DNA from: Octopus vulgaris
Lineage: Eukaryota
NCBI GenBank assembly: GCA_951406725.2
Contig: OX597814.1
Span: forward strand, 146,630,001-146,694,000
Reading direction: 5' to 3'
Length of the DNA: 64,000 nucleotides
A program made the translations under genes and the position numbers. Below, piece by piece: positions 13,249 to 27,052 of this stretch; within the stretch, counting starts at the first letter, position 1; each line of letters begins with the position of its first letter. A model generated the notes under the pieces. The model was not told where the DNA came from, did not search any database, and saw only the letters and a list, made by a program, of their open reading frames with translations.

Positions 13249-14492
13249 TTTATTTTAAGCAGCAGAAAATTCAACAAAATCTGTTACTCTGAGTTTCTCG
13301 TTGCCGTTCATCAGACAGTTTTTGCTAGAATGGAACTGATATATCAATTCAATCTATACTCTTACAAACGCTACACATTTAAAAAGAAATGGACTTGTTT
13401 GATTGGCCCTTTAGAAAAAACGGTCAATCAAAGTTTGTAGGTTTGTTTTCATGTTATTGTATTGCATAGGATTACCTTGATTATTTATAAATGACCCAAA
13501 ATAGGATGTTATATTTTATTTTATATGTCTTTCGTATATATTTTTATTAATGCACCCATTTTTTTAAAAGCAATGTTTTTTTTAAAAAAAGCAATGTTGT
13601 CAAAATTAGAATGTTTATATAAGTATGTGTATAGCAAAGCATATGTATTTGTAAGCATGCGTATCTGTGTATGTGTAAGTGAAAGTATGTTTGTGCTTAA
13701 GCACACATATACACGACGGTATGTATATGTATCTATTCAAACTTGTGTATGTATACTGGTCTCTATATATGCCAATAACACCGTTACACTGCTTGTATAC
13801 ATAATTTTTTCTTATTTCGTCTTTTCCCCACCCCTCCTTCGCTCCTTTTCTCTCTCTCCTTTCTTTCGTTCCCCCTCCTTGCTCAGTATATGAGAATTGC
13901 TACATAGATGAATTTTAGCTTGCGTGCGAGACGGTTTGCGTGAATATATGTACACATGCTTTTATGTGTATATTTAGATTTATATTCATACGTCTGTATA
14001 TGTATGTATGGCGTTTACGCGCATCCTTTTGTGTATGTTGATATATATATGTAGATTTTAATATAAATATGTATTGCAGTATTTATAACAGGTTTAATTT
14101 CTATGCATTAATTTGCACTGTCTTCATTAACGTCAATAGGTTTTTTCCTCGGATTTTATAATTTTTATAATTTTTATAATTTTTATAAGTTTTTTATATA
14201 TATATACATATATTTTTGACCTTTTTGTTTATCGCTCGAAGATTGACCGTTTTTTCTAAAGGGCCAATCAAACAAGTCCATTTCTTTTTAAAGGTGTAGC
14301 GTTTGTAAGAGTATAGATTGAATTGATATATCAGTTCCATTCTAGCAAAAACTGTCTGATGAACGGCAACGAGAAACTCAGAGTAACAGATTTTGTTGAA
14401 TTTTCTGCTGCTTAAAATAAAGCATATTACTCTACCACAGGTATTTGAGTACTCTTTTTTCCACCTTGTTTCACATTTATGTGTTTACTCCG
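13248..14492. mobile_element. Young fold-back Penelope-like (pLTR/retrozyme-type) non-coding element between two (TA)n tracts
   Basis: 13248-13429 and 14241-14422 are 182-bp inverted repeats with one mismatch by eye; each contains an HHR core. Confidence 0.8.
14352..14389 (+). ncRNA. Minimal type I hammerhead ribozyme (identical copy on minus strand at 13281-13318)
   Basis: CTGT-CTGATGA-A CG GCAA CG A-GAAA-CTCAGA-GTA-ACAG. Stem I is CTGT/ACAG, stem II has a GNRA loop, stem III is ACTC/GAGT with a 1-nt loop, and predicted cleavage follows GUA at 14385. Confidence 0.7.
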
Positions 14493-16189
14493 ATATATAT
14501 ATATATATATATATATACAGAGAGAGATAGAGAGAGGGACAGAGGCTGATTTTCAGACTAGACATATACATACTGATGAATTATAGCTTTGATCAAAGGC
14601 ATTCTAGCTATCGCCAGTCCATATTTATACAGATATTTTAGCCTCTAATTTCATCATCTTCCTCATTTCCTGTTTCATGGCGACACTTTCATTTGATGGA
14701 GAATAGGAGAATATATTCTAATTGCCGGGTATTTCCGTAAGAACTGACTCCGTTAGCAGGTTATGTTAATTGAATTTGCCTTACGTATACGTGTAAATAT
14801 ATTAGCGAATAAAGTGAAGAGATATATAGAGAGAAGGTAATCAACTGCGCTACTATACGATTAACAATTTGCTTGTGGTTATTCAATATTATATATTGTG
14901 TAGAACGTATATAGAAGGGGAAACCAAAATGCAAGTTAGCATGTATTATTGAATGGATATCTTACTGAGTATGATTCCTTAAATTCCAAATGTTCTGTGA
15001 TTTCATGATGAAAACATATATTCAAAAAACTTCTTACTATGAATACAGTTAAATAATCATAGAGGGATAAAATTATCGGTTTTCCCCATAATTTTGCGAT
15101 GTACTTTAGCGTGATATTTGTATTTTGCCTCTATCAGTACTTAAAACAACTAATCTCTTTTTGTTTCCGAACCTTGTTTTTGTTTAACCGTGTTGCATCA
15201 TATCCAGTGTCACATTATGCCCAAAATATGAGCTATATATAGTGTTAGGTAATCTGTAATCATGAAATTTAAATGTCTTGCAGAATTGCAGACTGGATCG
15301 TTGCATCGGAGGAAAACATAATCACTTTTCACAGATCAAATCCATAAAATCATTCCCAAATAATTTAAACGACCTATGGTGATGAACTGGAGATATTTGA
15401 TAATTGATTTTTAATTTTAGACTATAATGGGGTCTCAAATAATGGAACATGAAACAGCAATCATGACCAATGGTTTTAACAATTCAGGAATGGGGAAGCA
15501 CTTAGAACCAAAACACGAATTTATTATTAAATCTATTATTAAATGATGAAAAAATTATTCATAAATATATTATAAAATGATGAAAAAATTATTCAAAGAA
15601 TAATCGTATCGATTCGTATAACATTCTGTTACTTTCAAACGGAGGTGTATTTGGCGCTTTTGAACGGATGGGGTTTTAGTCTCTGGAGAAGACAATAAAA
15701 ACTTTCGCGCATGTGTGTATATATATATGCATATAAATAAATAAATAAATAAAAAAATAAAAAATAAATAAGAAATATATGTAGATGTATGTATGGGTGT
15801 ATGTATATGTATATATGTAGATGTAGACATGTATGTATGTATATTTGCATACATCTTATTGCTGGTCAACTCTGAATCTGAGATATCTCTATAGGGATAT
15901 TACTAGTATTATGTAATATAAACTTAGAAAATTTGCTTTGCTTTCGGGATATGTTTGATCATATGACGTTTAGATGAATAATGCATTATTTCTGAATTCT
16001 ATAATACATAACCTTTACTATTTGACTTTTCATTGTTTAGTCATCATATATTAACTTTGCGTTTAACGTTGTTTCCAGTAATTGTATTGGAAAGATGATA
16101 GTAATATTTTTATTCATGAATAATATAACCTAAAACAAGAATGCATGAATATACTTACAGATGAACGTGGTATATAACTATATGTGTTC

Positions 16190-16239
<50 letters not shown>

Positions 16240-16273
16240 GTGCGTATAATATACATGTCATGGATATATATAC

Positions 16274-16340
<67 letters not shown>

Positions 16341-18814
16341 TATATATATACAGGCCTGTATACATATAGAGGCATAGATACACATATTATTTGCGTTTAT
16401 TTTTGTCCATGTCCTTTTTCGTCACATAGTTCAGGAGTCGACAAATAGTTTCATAAAGTTACAATTTAAAGTTAAGAAACAAACTGTATACAATCTGTTA
16501 AGCCTATAAATGCGTCTCTGTATTGACGCGGTGAAACGGTGTAAATACAAGAATATATATACTGATATATTAATGTATGATATAAAACACCGTATTGCTA
16601 AATAAATCATAAATGTGGGAATAAAAAATGGAATATTATCGCATTTTTTAGAAACAATCTTACACCACTGAATATAAAATCTGCTTGATCTACCGTGATC
16701 AAATGCATGATTGGTACAGATTTGTGGTGAAGTTATATGGAGAGTATTAACTATTTTATTGACTTTTCAGACTAGAGTTACAACATATTTATTCGAAAAT
16801 AAAAACACATTACTTGTGTTTGTTTGAGCGGCTGGGTTTCTTTTTACGTACATGTATATATACATTTCATTCTATATACATGTGTACAAACATACACACA
16901 TATATACACATATATTGACTTACATATGTATATACACTCGCAAACACACACAAACATGCAGACATACTTATACACGTACACATGCGCGCACATATATATT
17001 TGAAAAAGTAAAAGAATGGCTTCAATGGTAGTTCTAATCAGTTTAATTTATTAAAAAATGTTTTTGATTTTACATAAATTTTATTTCATAGTTCTTTGTT
17101 AAACTGAGTGAAGCTATTTAAAAAAAATACTTATATACACACGTGTGTATAGATTTACGTGTAGTTATAATAATTTAATATTAAGTTCCCTAAGTTCTGC
17201 AATTCTCGAAGCAATCTTCTAAGACAATTATCGAAGTAAGTTTGCTTCGAAACTTATGTGATTAAGGACTTTACCTTCCTGCATAAAAACACTGATAAGT
17301 ACTGAAATAATCTAGAATCAAGCAATGCTTCTTGCGTCAAACTGCGTAGGTGGAATCTCCACTGAAACAAGTGCTCTGCGTACAATTCAAATAATTGAAC
17401 TTTTGTAGAATTCTTCTCTTCTCTGTCGCGGAATTACGTTAAATCTCTCTCTCTCTCTCTCTCTTTGGATTTGCTACCACAAACAAGCTAACTCAGAAAC
17501 AACCCGCCGAGGAACTGGGGAGATATATCTTCAATCTTCTAAAAATACTTATATTAAGGCTTCTATGTCACCTTTATCGTGTTAATTTATTCACAGAGTT
17601 ATTGTGATATGTGTGTGTATTGTATACGTGTATTGTGTATTGTGATACGTGTGTGTATTGTATAATTGGAAACGATCATTCTTTGTATTATTCAGAAAAT
17701 ACTACGATGTTATAATGGTTGCCGTGCAGATGATTATATCCACTACAGTACACGGAATTCTATCTACGTATTATAGAAGATCGGGAGAGCTGAGAAGAAG
17801 AGAACTCGGGCACATATAATACATGTTTGTAGTTGATTTATTGTGATGAATTTTGTCTGCTATGTTGCTGCCCTTATTCTTCCACAGTTCTTTCAAAATA
17901 CCATATGATCGAATATGCTAATATCAAAAAAAAAAATAAATAAAATAAAGAACGTACAGATAATTTATTCTATCAAAATGCCAAATACCTACCTATATTT
18001 CAATGGTTTGTATCTTCAAAAAGATATTTCCACACATGATACATTGTCTTCTTTGGCGAATGGCCTGCTGCACTTGTCATCTGCTTCAATCAAATACCAT
18101 ATCAGAAATATTCTAACGTATATTTCTAACTAGATATATCATTTCAGAAAAATTTGACCTTTGCCATGATGTTATTTATTGTTTAAACATTTGATTATAT
18201 ATTTAGTTGACATTGAAAGCAATGTGTTACATTCTGATTTGATTCTTCCAATGATGTTTGATATTTATCCAACTAAATTATAAATCAATACATAAAATTT
18301 ACTCAATGTCATTAATGTAGATTTCTGCTTTCTTTATAAATGACCATCATATTAATTATTTCTATATTATCTACATGCCAAAAATGTTTATATGGTTTGA
18401 CACGATTATCTTTTCCAATTATGTGATTATTAAGAAACATATTCAGTAAGTAACACAGAGTAAATTGTTGACCATAATGATATATGCGTGCCACCCTACC
18501 AGTATGCATATATAAATATATTACTTACTATTATAAATGATGTTGAATTCTTTCGAACTAATTGATGTTGAAGCAGAAGAGTAAGTCAGTAACCTGCATG
18601 AATTTTTCATTAGTAACAGAGAACGGAGCCATTTTCGAATGTGCGTTTGCTGAAGATAATTCGTCGGGATACTTTTGGACCTATATTATAACATATGTCA
18701 TGCAAAGTAAGGTTTAAAAAAGTCACTTAAGTTTTATACAATTTGGTTATGGTTTTGAAGTTTTTCACTATTGCAAAAGCAATATTATATATATGGTATC
18801 CGATATATATTTAT

Positions 18815-19230
18815 CGCAGGAGTGGCTGCGTGGTGAGTAGCTTGCTTACCAACCACATGGTTCCGGGTTCAGTCCCACTGTGTGGCACCTTGGGCAAGTG
18901 TCTTCTACTATAGCCTCGGGCCGACCAAAGCCTTGTGACTGGATTTGGTAGACGGAAACTGAAAGAAGCCTGTCGTATATATATATATATATATATATTT
19001 GTGTGTGTGTGTGTGTGTTTGTGTGTCTGTGTGTCTCCCCCACCAACATCACTTGACAACCGATAATGGTGTGTTTACGTCCCCGTCACTTAGTGGTTCG
19101 GCAAGAGCGACCGATAGAATAAGTACTAGGCTTACAAAGAATAAGTCCTGGGGTTGATTTGGTCGATTTGGTCGACTAAAGGCGGTGCTCCAGCATGGCC
19201 GCAGTCAAATGACTGAAAGAAATAAAAGAA
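18815..19230 (+). mobile_element. tRNA-derived SINE, family A
   Basis: Full-length match to 1879-2285. Confidence 0.9.
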
Positions 19231-19514
19231 TATATATTATGTATTTATGTATGTGTGTATGTATTCATGTATGTATGTATTTATGTGTGCATTTATGTAT
19301 GCATACGTGTAGGTGCGCATGCATACATGCATATACGCTTTTTTTATGTATGTATGTATGTATATATGTATGTGAACATTCACCTATGTAAGTGTGTTAA
19401 CGTGTCTGCGTGTGTAAGTACATTTAACTGTATGCTTATGAAGTGATATGTGTACTTGCTCAAGTTGTATATATAAATGTCACTCCGTCGAAGTTTGTAT
19501 ATATATAGCATATT

Positions 19515-20547
19515 AAAAAAAATATTACAATTAATAAGAGAGGAATGACCACTGAAGTAGATTCCGATATGCTACAGATAGACGTCAAATCCCTTTACCA
19601 CGAAGAGTGTGTTCTCAAGAAAAAACTCAGGAAACGCCAGAATGTAAAAAATTAACGAAGGCAAACGGAAATATATAACATAAAACGATTTAAACACTTG
19701 CAAAATGCAAAATGCAGGGAACTGTAACTTGCCAACATAGCCTGTCATAATTCAAACATATTTGTCAGAACTATTCAAAGAAACGTTCTCCAGAAAGAAA
19801 ATAATTCTGGAAAATATACTTGTAGTATTTTTAAAACGTCTTCATTTTGGCACGATAGAACCGGAAACAACCGTGCGGATAATAAATTACCGCAGTTAAT
19901 TTACCGGTTGGAGAACATTGCTATTTTAAATTTAATAATAGGACGTTTACTGAGATTTTTTTCTTGAGAACACACTCTTCGTGGTAAGTCGATTTGACGT
20001 CTATCTTTAGCATATAGGAATCCACTTTAATGGTTATTCCGCTTATTAATTGTAATATAATTTTTAAATCTTCGGATTTTTTTTGAATATGCTAATCAGC
20101 TGGTTTACATTGATGTGAATTGATTCGTATAGATTTCTACCCTTATTATTTAATTTAAAATAGCAATGTTCTCCAACCGGTAAATTAACTGCGGCAATTT
20201 ATTATCTGCATGGTTATTTCCGGTTATAGCGCGCCAAAATGAAGACATTTGAAAAGTACCACAAATATATTTTGCAGAAATGTACATGAGTTTTCTTTCA
20301 GAAGAACGTTTTTGTGAATAGTTCTGTGAAGTATATTTTGAAATACGACAGGCTACGCTAAGGAGTTACAGATACTTGCCTTTTGCATTTTGCAAGTGAT
20401 AATAAAGAACTCATGATACGTAGGTAATCGTTTTATTTTGTATATTTTCATTTGTCTTGTTAATTGTTTTTCATTCTAGCGTTTGCTGAGATTTTTCCTT
20501 GAGAACACACTCTTCATGGTAAGGCGATTTGACGTCTATGTTTCATG
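19515..20547. repeat. Inverted plus partial-tandem repeat cluster (Penelope pLTR-like architecture)
   Basis: 19515-19945 is the reverse complement of 20141-20547 and, in part, of 19946-20065. The last two are direct partial repeats of each other (TTGAGAACACACTCTTCRTGGTAAG). Confidence 0.7.
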
Positions 20548-20552
20548 TAGAT

Positions 20553-21091
20553 CAGGGGCCACCAAACTACGGCCTGCGGGCCAGATTCGGTCCACAAGGT
20601 CACTTCATCCGGTCTGCCGCCGCACTATAACTTTCATGTAACTACCTGCAATGAGAGTTCATTTGCATCTTGTATGGCATCAATGTTTGGAACAACTTAT
20701 ATCTTTGAGCAATCATTTTCTATACTAAAATATGTGAAGTCAGCACATCGAACGAGGATGACTGATAGCCATTTGAAAGCAATTCCCTTGGTTGGATGCA
20801 GCAATTCCAAACCAAACATTGATATTTCAAAAGCTAAACACCAGCTTCACATAGCTCACTATCATTTTGGGCAAGTTCGTTTGTGAGATTCAGACATGTT
20901 AGTGCTGGGAGCGATATAACTATTTTATTGTTAACGTCGCCTTCTTTGGTAACATTTTGGTAAATGAATATGTTGGTTGTCTATATTTTTTGTGTATTTA
21001 CTGTATTGTATTGAACAAAATGGTTATACAGCCCACGCTCGTTATTTTTTCAGTTATCTGGCCCGCTGTGAAAATAGTCTGGTGATCCCTG
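20553..21091 (+). mobile_element. Non-autonomous hAT (Buster/Charlie/SPIN-like) element retaining the transposase C-terminal dimerisation region
   Basis: TIRs CAGGGGCCACCAAACT / AGTCTGGTGATCCCTG; 8-bp TSD ATGTAGAT / ATTTAAAT (6/8); ORF 20674-20886 SMFGTTYIFEQSFSILKYVKSAHRTRMTDSHL. Confidence 0.9.
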
Positions 21092-21435
21092 ATTTAAATG
21101 ATGGTAACTGGGTTCCTGATTCAGGCATATCCTAAATGACAGAGAATTCTGGCACAGTTTAGGATGGAAGAAGTCCTACATATTGCCTCTATTTGGGAGA
21201 GTATTTGGAGTGATAGTGGGAAAGTCGCTTCTTGTGATACCTTAAGGATATCTGTTCTTTATAGGTCTACGGCATAATGTAGGACGGGAGAAAGGGTATG
21301 TCACCTGTTGCTGCCGTTTGGTCCAAATATACAAATATTGTACCAATAATATCCGTAGGTGTTTTGACGAGGAAGAGATTATTCTATATTGCCACGTGAG
21401 CTGGTGAGAGAACCGTCAGTCAGCGTTCCTAAGCT

Positions 21436-21625
21436 TGTAGTAGTAGTGGTAGCAGTAGTAGTTGTAGCAGTAGTAGTGGTAGCAGCAGTATTATTATTAT
21501 TACTATTATTATTATTATTATTATTATTATTTGTAGTAGTAGTTGTATTATTATTATTATTAATAGTAGTAGTAGTTAGTAGTAGCAGTAGTAGTAGTTC
21601 GTAGTAGTAGTAGTAGTAGTAGTTC

Positions 21626-21674
<49 letters not shown>
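21436..21674. repeat. Compound (TAG)n/(TTA)n microsatellite
   Basis: Directly visible. Confidence 0.95.
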
Positions 21675-21977
21675 AAGTTGTGCGAATTCTGACCTGCTGT
21701 AATAGTTACAGTTTGTTGTAGGGAATTCCGACACACCCAGACAGGTTTGCGTGAAAGTTGGACAGTGAAACCAAAGCAGACACTATTGAGTAACCGGATC
21801 TTGATATAATCCCTAATGTGTTGCCAGGAGCTCCAACCGTGCTCTACGAACATAAACCTGTACAACAGCTACCTTTCCAGAGTGCTCTGGTGGTTTCTAT
21901 TTAATTTTATTCTGTATTTGTTCATCTATTCTGTAAACAGATTGTGAAAATATTTTTTTTTTATTTTCTTGCAAATT

Positions 21978-22110
21978 CTGGCTGTTTCACAGTGGACTCT
22001 TTTGGCCTCCACCCATTGTCAGGCTGTCATGATGCTGGCCCCCTTCCATGCCCCCTTACAAAGATCATAAAGCATGGCCTAGATGCCGCAGGCTTCCCAT
22101 CCCAGCAATT
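21978..22110 (+). mobile_element. CRE/NeSL-type RLE non-LTR retrotransposon fragment (zinc knuckle before the endonuclease)
   Basis: GCFTVDSFGLHPLSGCHDAGPLPCPLTKIIKHGLDAAGFPSQ resembles the CRE-type motif CG..VD..GLH.LSC...AGR..RH..LN.IIKR.L..AG.PS.LEP. Confidence 0.6.
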
Positions 22111-22467
22111 TAAATATCCCCATAGTCAGCTTTATATTCTGATGATTACAGAATCATTAATCCTTAAGATTTTGAGGCAAAAAGCAAAGAAGATTTTAGA
22201 TGGACAAGTGGTCAGAGCTGAATTATGTTTCTTCGGCTACTTACTGGTCAATATGTTTCAGGCCACACTGTAATATAGATGCTGTTCTTATTTGCTGAAA
22301 CATTCAATCAAACGGATAACTAATCATATATTTAAACAAACAATGATTGCATTTCCTGTCATTTCAGCTCACTACGTTAATTCATTTGAAAAAACATTAA
22401 TGATACTAGATGATTAGTTTACCCGCCATGTGTTTGAATATTCTTCGCTACTCATCTTTAGATCAGA

Positions 22468-22850
22468 CTAGCAGTATCGCCCGGCGTTGCTCAGGTTTGT
22501 AAGGGAAATAACTATAAAGCATTTTTAGAGAGTTATAGCCAAAAAATAGCAAAAAAATGGAAAAAAAATGATGGTAAATTTTTTTGAGAGTTAAAACAGG
22601 TGGAGTTGCGTCCCCTAGACGGTCTGTGGTTTGGGTTTCTGATTCTCGACCCCATGTCGAATTTATCGATTTTTTCAGAACTGGGGGAACTTTTCAAAAT
22701 TTTCGCTGCGTTAGTTTTGAATTATGACATTGGGCTATGTGTGTGTCAAGTTTCATCAGAATCGGTTGAAAGCCGTGGTCAGAGTGAGGGTACGAGAAAA
22801 CAGACACACAGAAACACGCACAGACAAACTGCCGTTTATATAGAGAGAGA
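22468..22850 (-). mobile_element. Non-autonomous Helitron
   Basis: Minus strand starts TCTCTCTCTATATAAACGGC and ends CCTGAGCAACGCCGGGCGATACTG-CTAG (subterminal GC-rich hairpin + CTAG), between host A and T with no TSD. Confidence 0.85.
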
Positions 22851-23043
22851 TATCACTAATTAAAACGTGTTTTTTAATAATGAAAATAATTTGAACATAT
22901 CAGTTTATATTAAATGAGATGGATTTAAAATAATGGTAATGCAATAATTAGAAAACTATATATACATATAATCGTGCTATTTTTCTCCCTCTGTCTCACC
23001 CTGTTTTTATATACATACATACATACATACATACATACATACA

Positions 23044-23137
<94 letters not shown>

Positions 23138-24695
23138 CGTTTATCTTTAAACAAGAAGACTTTACATTGATTTAAATGTACTTATAAAAATCTACCAACT
23201 GACATTCCTAAAGTTAGAACATTTTTCCAGTATCCCAATTTCGTAGGAAACTATGTTTAAGATGTTCTATTCGAAGCGTAGTTTTATTTCCAGTTCAAGA
23301 GCTCAAAACGTTTGGCAAGTGTCCACTATAACAATACCAGTACGCCTCATTCGTAGTGAGTGAAATTTGGTGGACGGTAATTGTGCGGAATCCCATAGTA
23401 GGGACTCATCTATTGTCTTTCACTACTGGATCTTTAACGCATTTATATGAACTCATTGTGATGTCAACATTCATGCCAGATGGAGAGTATATAGATAATT
23501 TTCTCTTTTTCCTGCCATCAATCTTCTAGAACGCGAAAGGTGTTGATTGCTGTACTCTTCTTCCTCTGAATAAACGATAAAATATGCAATATGGAAAGCA
23601 GAGGAAACAAGTAAATGACTTCAATCAACAAAAGGAAGGAAATGTTAGCTGTCACAGTGGGTTTCGATTTGTCACTATTAATATACATATTACACATTTA
23701 TCCATATTCTAAATATTGTGACTAATGATAACCTCTATTGCCATCAACTTGAATGACACGTAATATTCATTGTAATTCTTTAGTAGACATAAGTTGAATA
23801 ACAGACCATTTCATGTGTCATGTTGTACATACACGTATATGGCAAAATATACAACAAAGTTCGAAAATCAGTTCATTTCTGTGATATCCACTAAACTCCA
23901 CAAGCGTTTTCGAAATGTCTATTGAGGCAGTGAGAAAACGGGTGTTGGAAGTTTCAAGATGTATTTTCAGTGTTAATATAATCATTAAAAGTACTGCCTC
24001 TTCGACAAATTATATGAAGGAAACCTCACATAACCAACAGATACGAAAAAAATCCTCGAATAATACTAAAGATACGTTGCTGAAGTAAGCCAATAGTACT
24101 ATCTTTAAATATATTTATATAAAAACTCAGTAAATGTGTTCATAAGGTAACGCATCATAAAAAATTTACAAAAACTCACTGATAATAAATCACATACACC
24201 CGATATGATAACCCCGTTAAAATTTACTGGAGCGTATAAGGTTATGAATTATGAATCAATAAATAATCAAAAATGATATGTTGTTAGCATGATATAGTAC
24301 TTTTCATTTCCATGTATTTCTGAAATGCATGTATATCTCAAACACGTTTTCCAGAATATCCTATAAAATCTAATGCAATCATTATATGGGAAATACGTTC
24401 TCGTTTCATATTTGCCTTGTTCAACATATTTCACATATCAATAATCTGTATCGGGAATTTCTTAACAATAGGCACAATAGCGATAATTTAGGAAACTATA
24501 GAATATCATTTCATATGTGTCATTATACGAGTATATATGTGCGCATGTGAATGTGTTTCTCTCTATATATATGTATGTGTGTATATATATGTATATATGT
24601 ATTTATGTATATATATATATGTATATATGTATTTATGTATATATATGTATATATATATACATACATATGTATGTACGTATATATATGCGTGTATA

Positions 24696-24744
<49 letters not shown>

Positions 24745-25281
24745 AAACAGATATGTGTATATCTATATGTATGTAGATTGATAAACACAGATATGTTACA
24801 TAAACATACATATACATACGCACAAACAAACACTTGACAAACACACACATACACACTCACACTCATATATACATATTTACCTGCATGCACATATCTGCAC
24901 AATCTTTCAACCTTACGTGAACAAGCATATACGCACATGCATGTATATATGTTTACGACTGAGCTTGCTTTTCTGATGTATTGAGAATTCGAGGAATAAC
25001 ACAGTACGCTTTTCATTTGACTTGGGAATACCATTAACAAGTAATGGACAAATAAATCTGCCTATTAGTAAATGTAAAACATTCACATTAACGAAAAAAA
25101 TTATAACAAATAGTACATAAACGGATAACATACCGAGGTTTCAAAGTCGATTTTGTTTTTGTCAACGACAAACAACTGATAATATCAAAAGTATTTATAT
25201 ACAGAATAGATATCGACAAGCGACACATGTATGAAATGTTGCTGTGTACACACAGGCACACGCACGCACACAGATATAAAC

Positions 25282-25336
<55 letters not shown>

Positions 25337-25341
25337 CTTGA

Positions 25342-25493
<152 letters not shown>

Positions 25494-25872
25494 CTTCAAG
25501 AATAATATGATCGGGAAATAGCGAACAGAGGAATTGCGTTTAGATTATTAGTTTAATGCTACAAGCAAGAAATCGAATGGGAGTCGTTTCACGTATGTAC
25601 TGTGGCTCTTCTTCAGTGAACAGTAAACAAGAGAAAAACATGTCTAATTTAATACAAGTCACGGGAATAGAAAACGTTGCCAACAAAATAAATTTATCAG
25701 TGTAATTAATGTTATAGAAATATGTGCAATAAATGGCGGGCTTTAGTTGTGAATTGAGATGATTTTAACTTCAATGAATACGTTTACTCTCTGTTTTCAT
25801 CTTTCTTCTGTAAATCACTATTCTGTTCTAATATCTATCTATCAATCTATCTATATATATATATATATATAT

Positions 25873-26123
25873 CACGTGATCACGTGACCGACCAGACCAT
25901 CAGATGTCGCTACACATCGCTGGTCACAATGCGTTCGCATTGTTTTAGCCTTCGAATGACGCCACCCCGCTGGCTAAGGGAGTAGGCCTACAGACGAAAG
26001 AGTGAGAGAAAGTGTGGTAAAAGAGTACAGCAGGGATCACCACCCCCTGCCCGGTCTGGGAATCGAAACCGCGATCCTACGACCGCGAGTCCGCTGCCCT
26101 AACCACTGGGCCATTGCGCTTCC
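25873..26123 (-). mobile_element. tRNA-derived SINE, family B head with alternative tail (OR-type)
   Basis: Head GGAAGCGCAATGGCCCAGTGGTTAGGGCAGCGGACTCGCGGTCGTAGGATCGCGGTTTCGATTCCCAGACC is shared with 32472; the tail is different. Confidence 0.85.
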
Positions 26124-26694
26124 ACTATATATATATACACATACAGGAAACAAGTAAAATATATAGGCATTACCTATACTGTTTCCAGTAGCCGTAGGTA
26201 ACGTACCTGATATATCACTCTCTGTATAAACCAGTTTGTTGGGTACCTATCGACGAATTTACAATATAAAATAGTAACGTACCAAAACATTACCTAGATT
26301 TCTTCACTAATCTGAGTATTACTGCTAGCCTGGTTTGCCAACAGAAATCTTATGTATGCATACATGCATATATACACATATATATATATATAAACACTTA
26401 TTTGTATATATACCTTTGGCGAGGGTATTGTTCTCCATCGGTAAAATGATATTACGTGGGGGAATAGAAAATAGAGTGTTCTGATGACAGTATTTCTTAT
26501 TCGTTTCTGTCGAAGAGCGTAGGCTCCGAAAGGAAAATAATCTTCCATTTTTCTCGAACGTAGACTCATACACTTACTTGTTCCTACAACACCTGTCTTA
26601 GTCTTTTCGTCTTTGTTTTTCGATACATTCGGATTATATATATATATATATATAAAACAATATAAAGTTGGGAATTACCGCACGAGTAAAAATA

Positions 26695-27052
26695 TAAGGA
26701 AAAGTATCTGAAAATGCAGAAATTTTTTAAAACTATTTATTAACTTAACCGGTTTCATTTATATAAAACGATTTGCAAAAGTATAGTATGAGGCTTTGTG
26801 TATCATCTGCTGTGTCAAACATGAGTTTACATATATGTTCACAGTGTCTTTGACAATGATTTGTAACTTTTTCTTATCGTTATGAAAGGTTCCATTACTT
26901 GATTTGAATACATATATGTAAACTAAATTTTGACACTACAGAGGATACGCAAAGCCTCATACCTCACGTTTGAGAATGCTTTTTAAATATGTGAAATTGG
27001 TTAAGTTAGTATTTACTTTTAAACGATGCCTGCGTTTTCACATTCTTTATCC
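26695..27052. repeat. Old fold-back element with decayed HHR-like core
   Basis: Arms about 26695-26842 and 26905-27052 (GTATGAGGCTTTGTGTATC / GATACGCAAAGCCTCATAC); GAAACCGGTTA on the minus arm and GAAATTGGTTA on the plus arm; (TA)/(CA) flanks. Confidence 0.6.
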
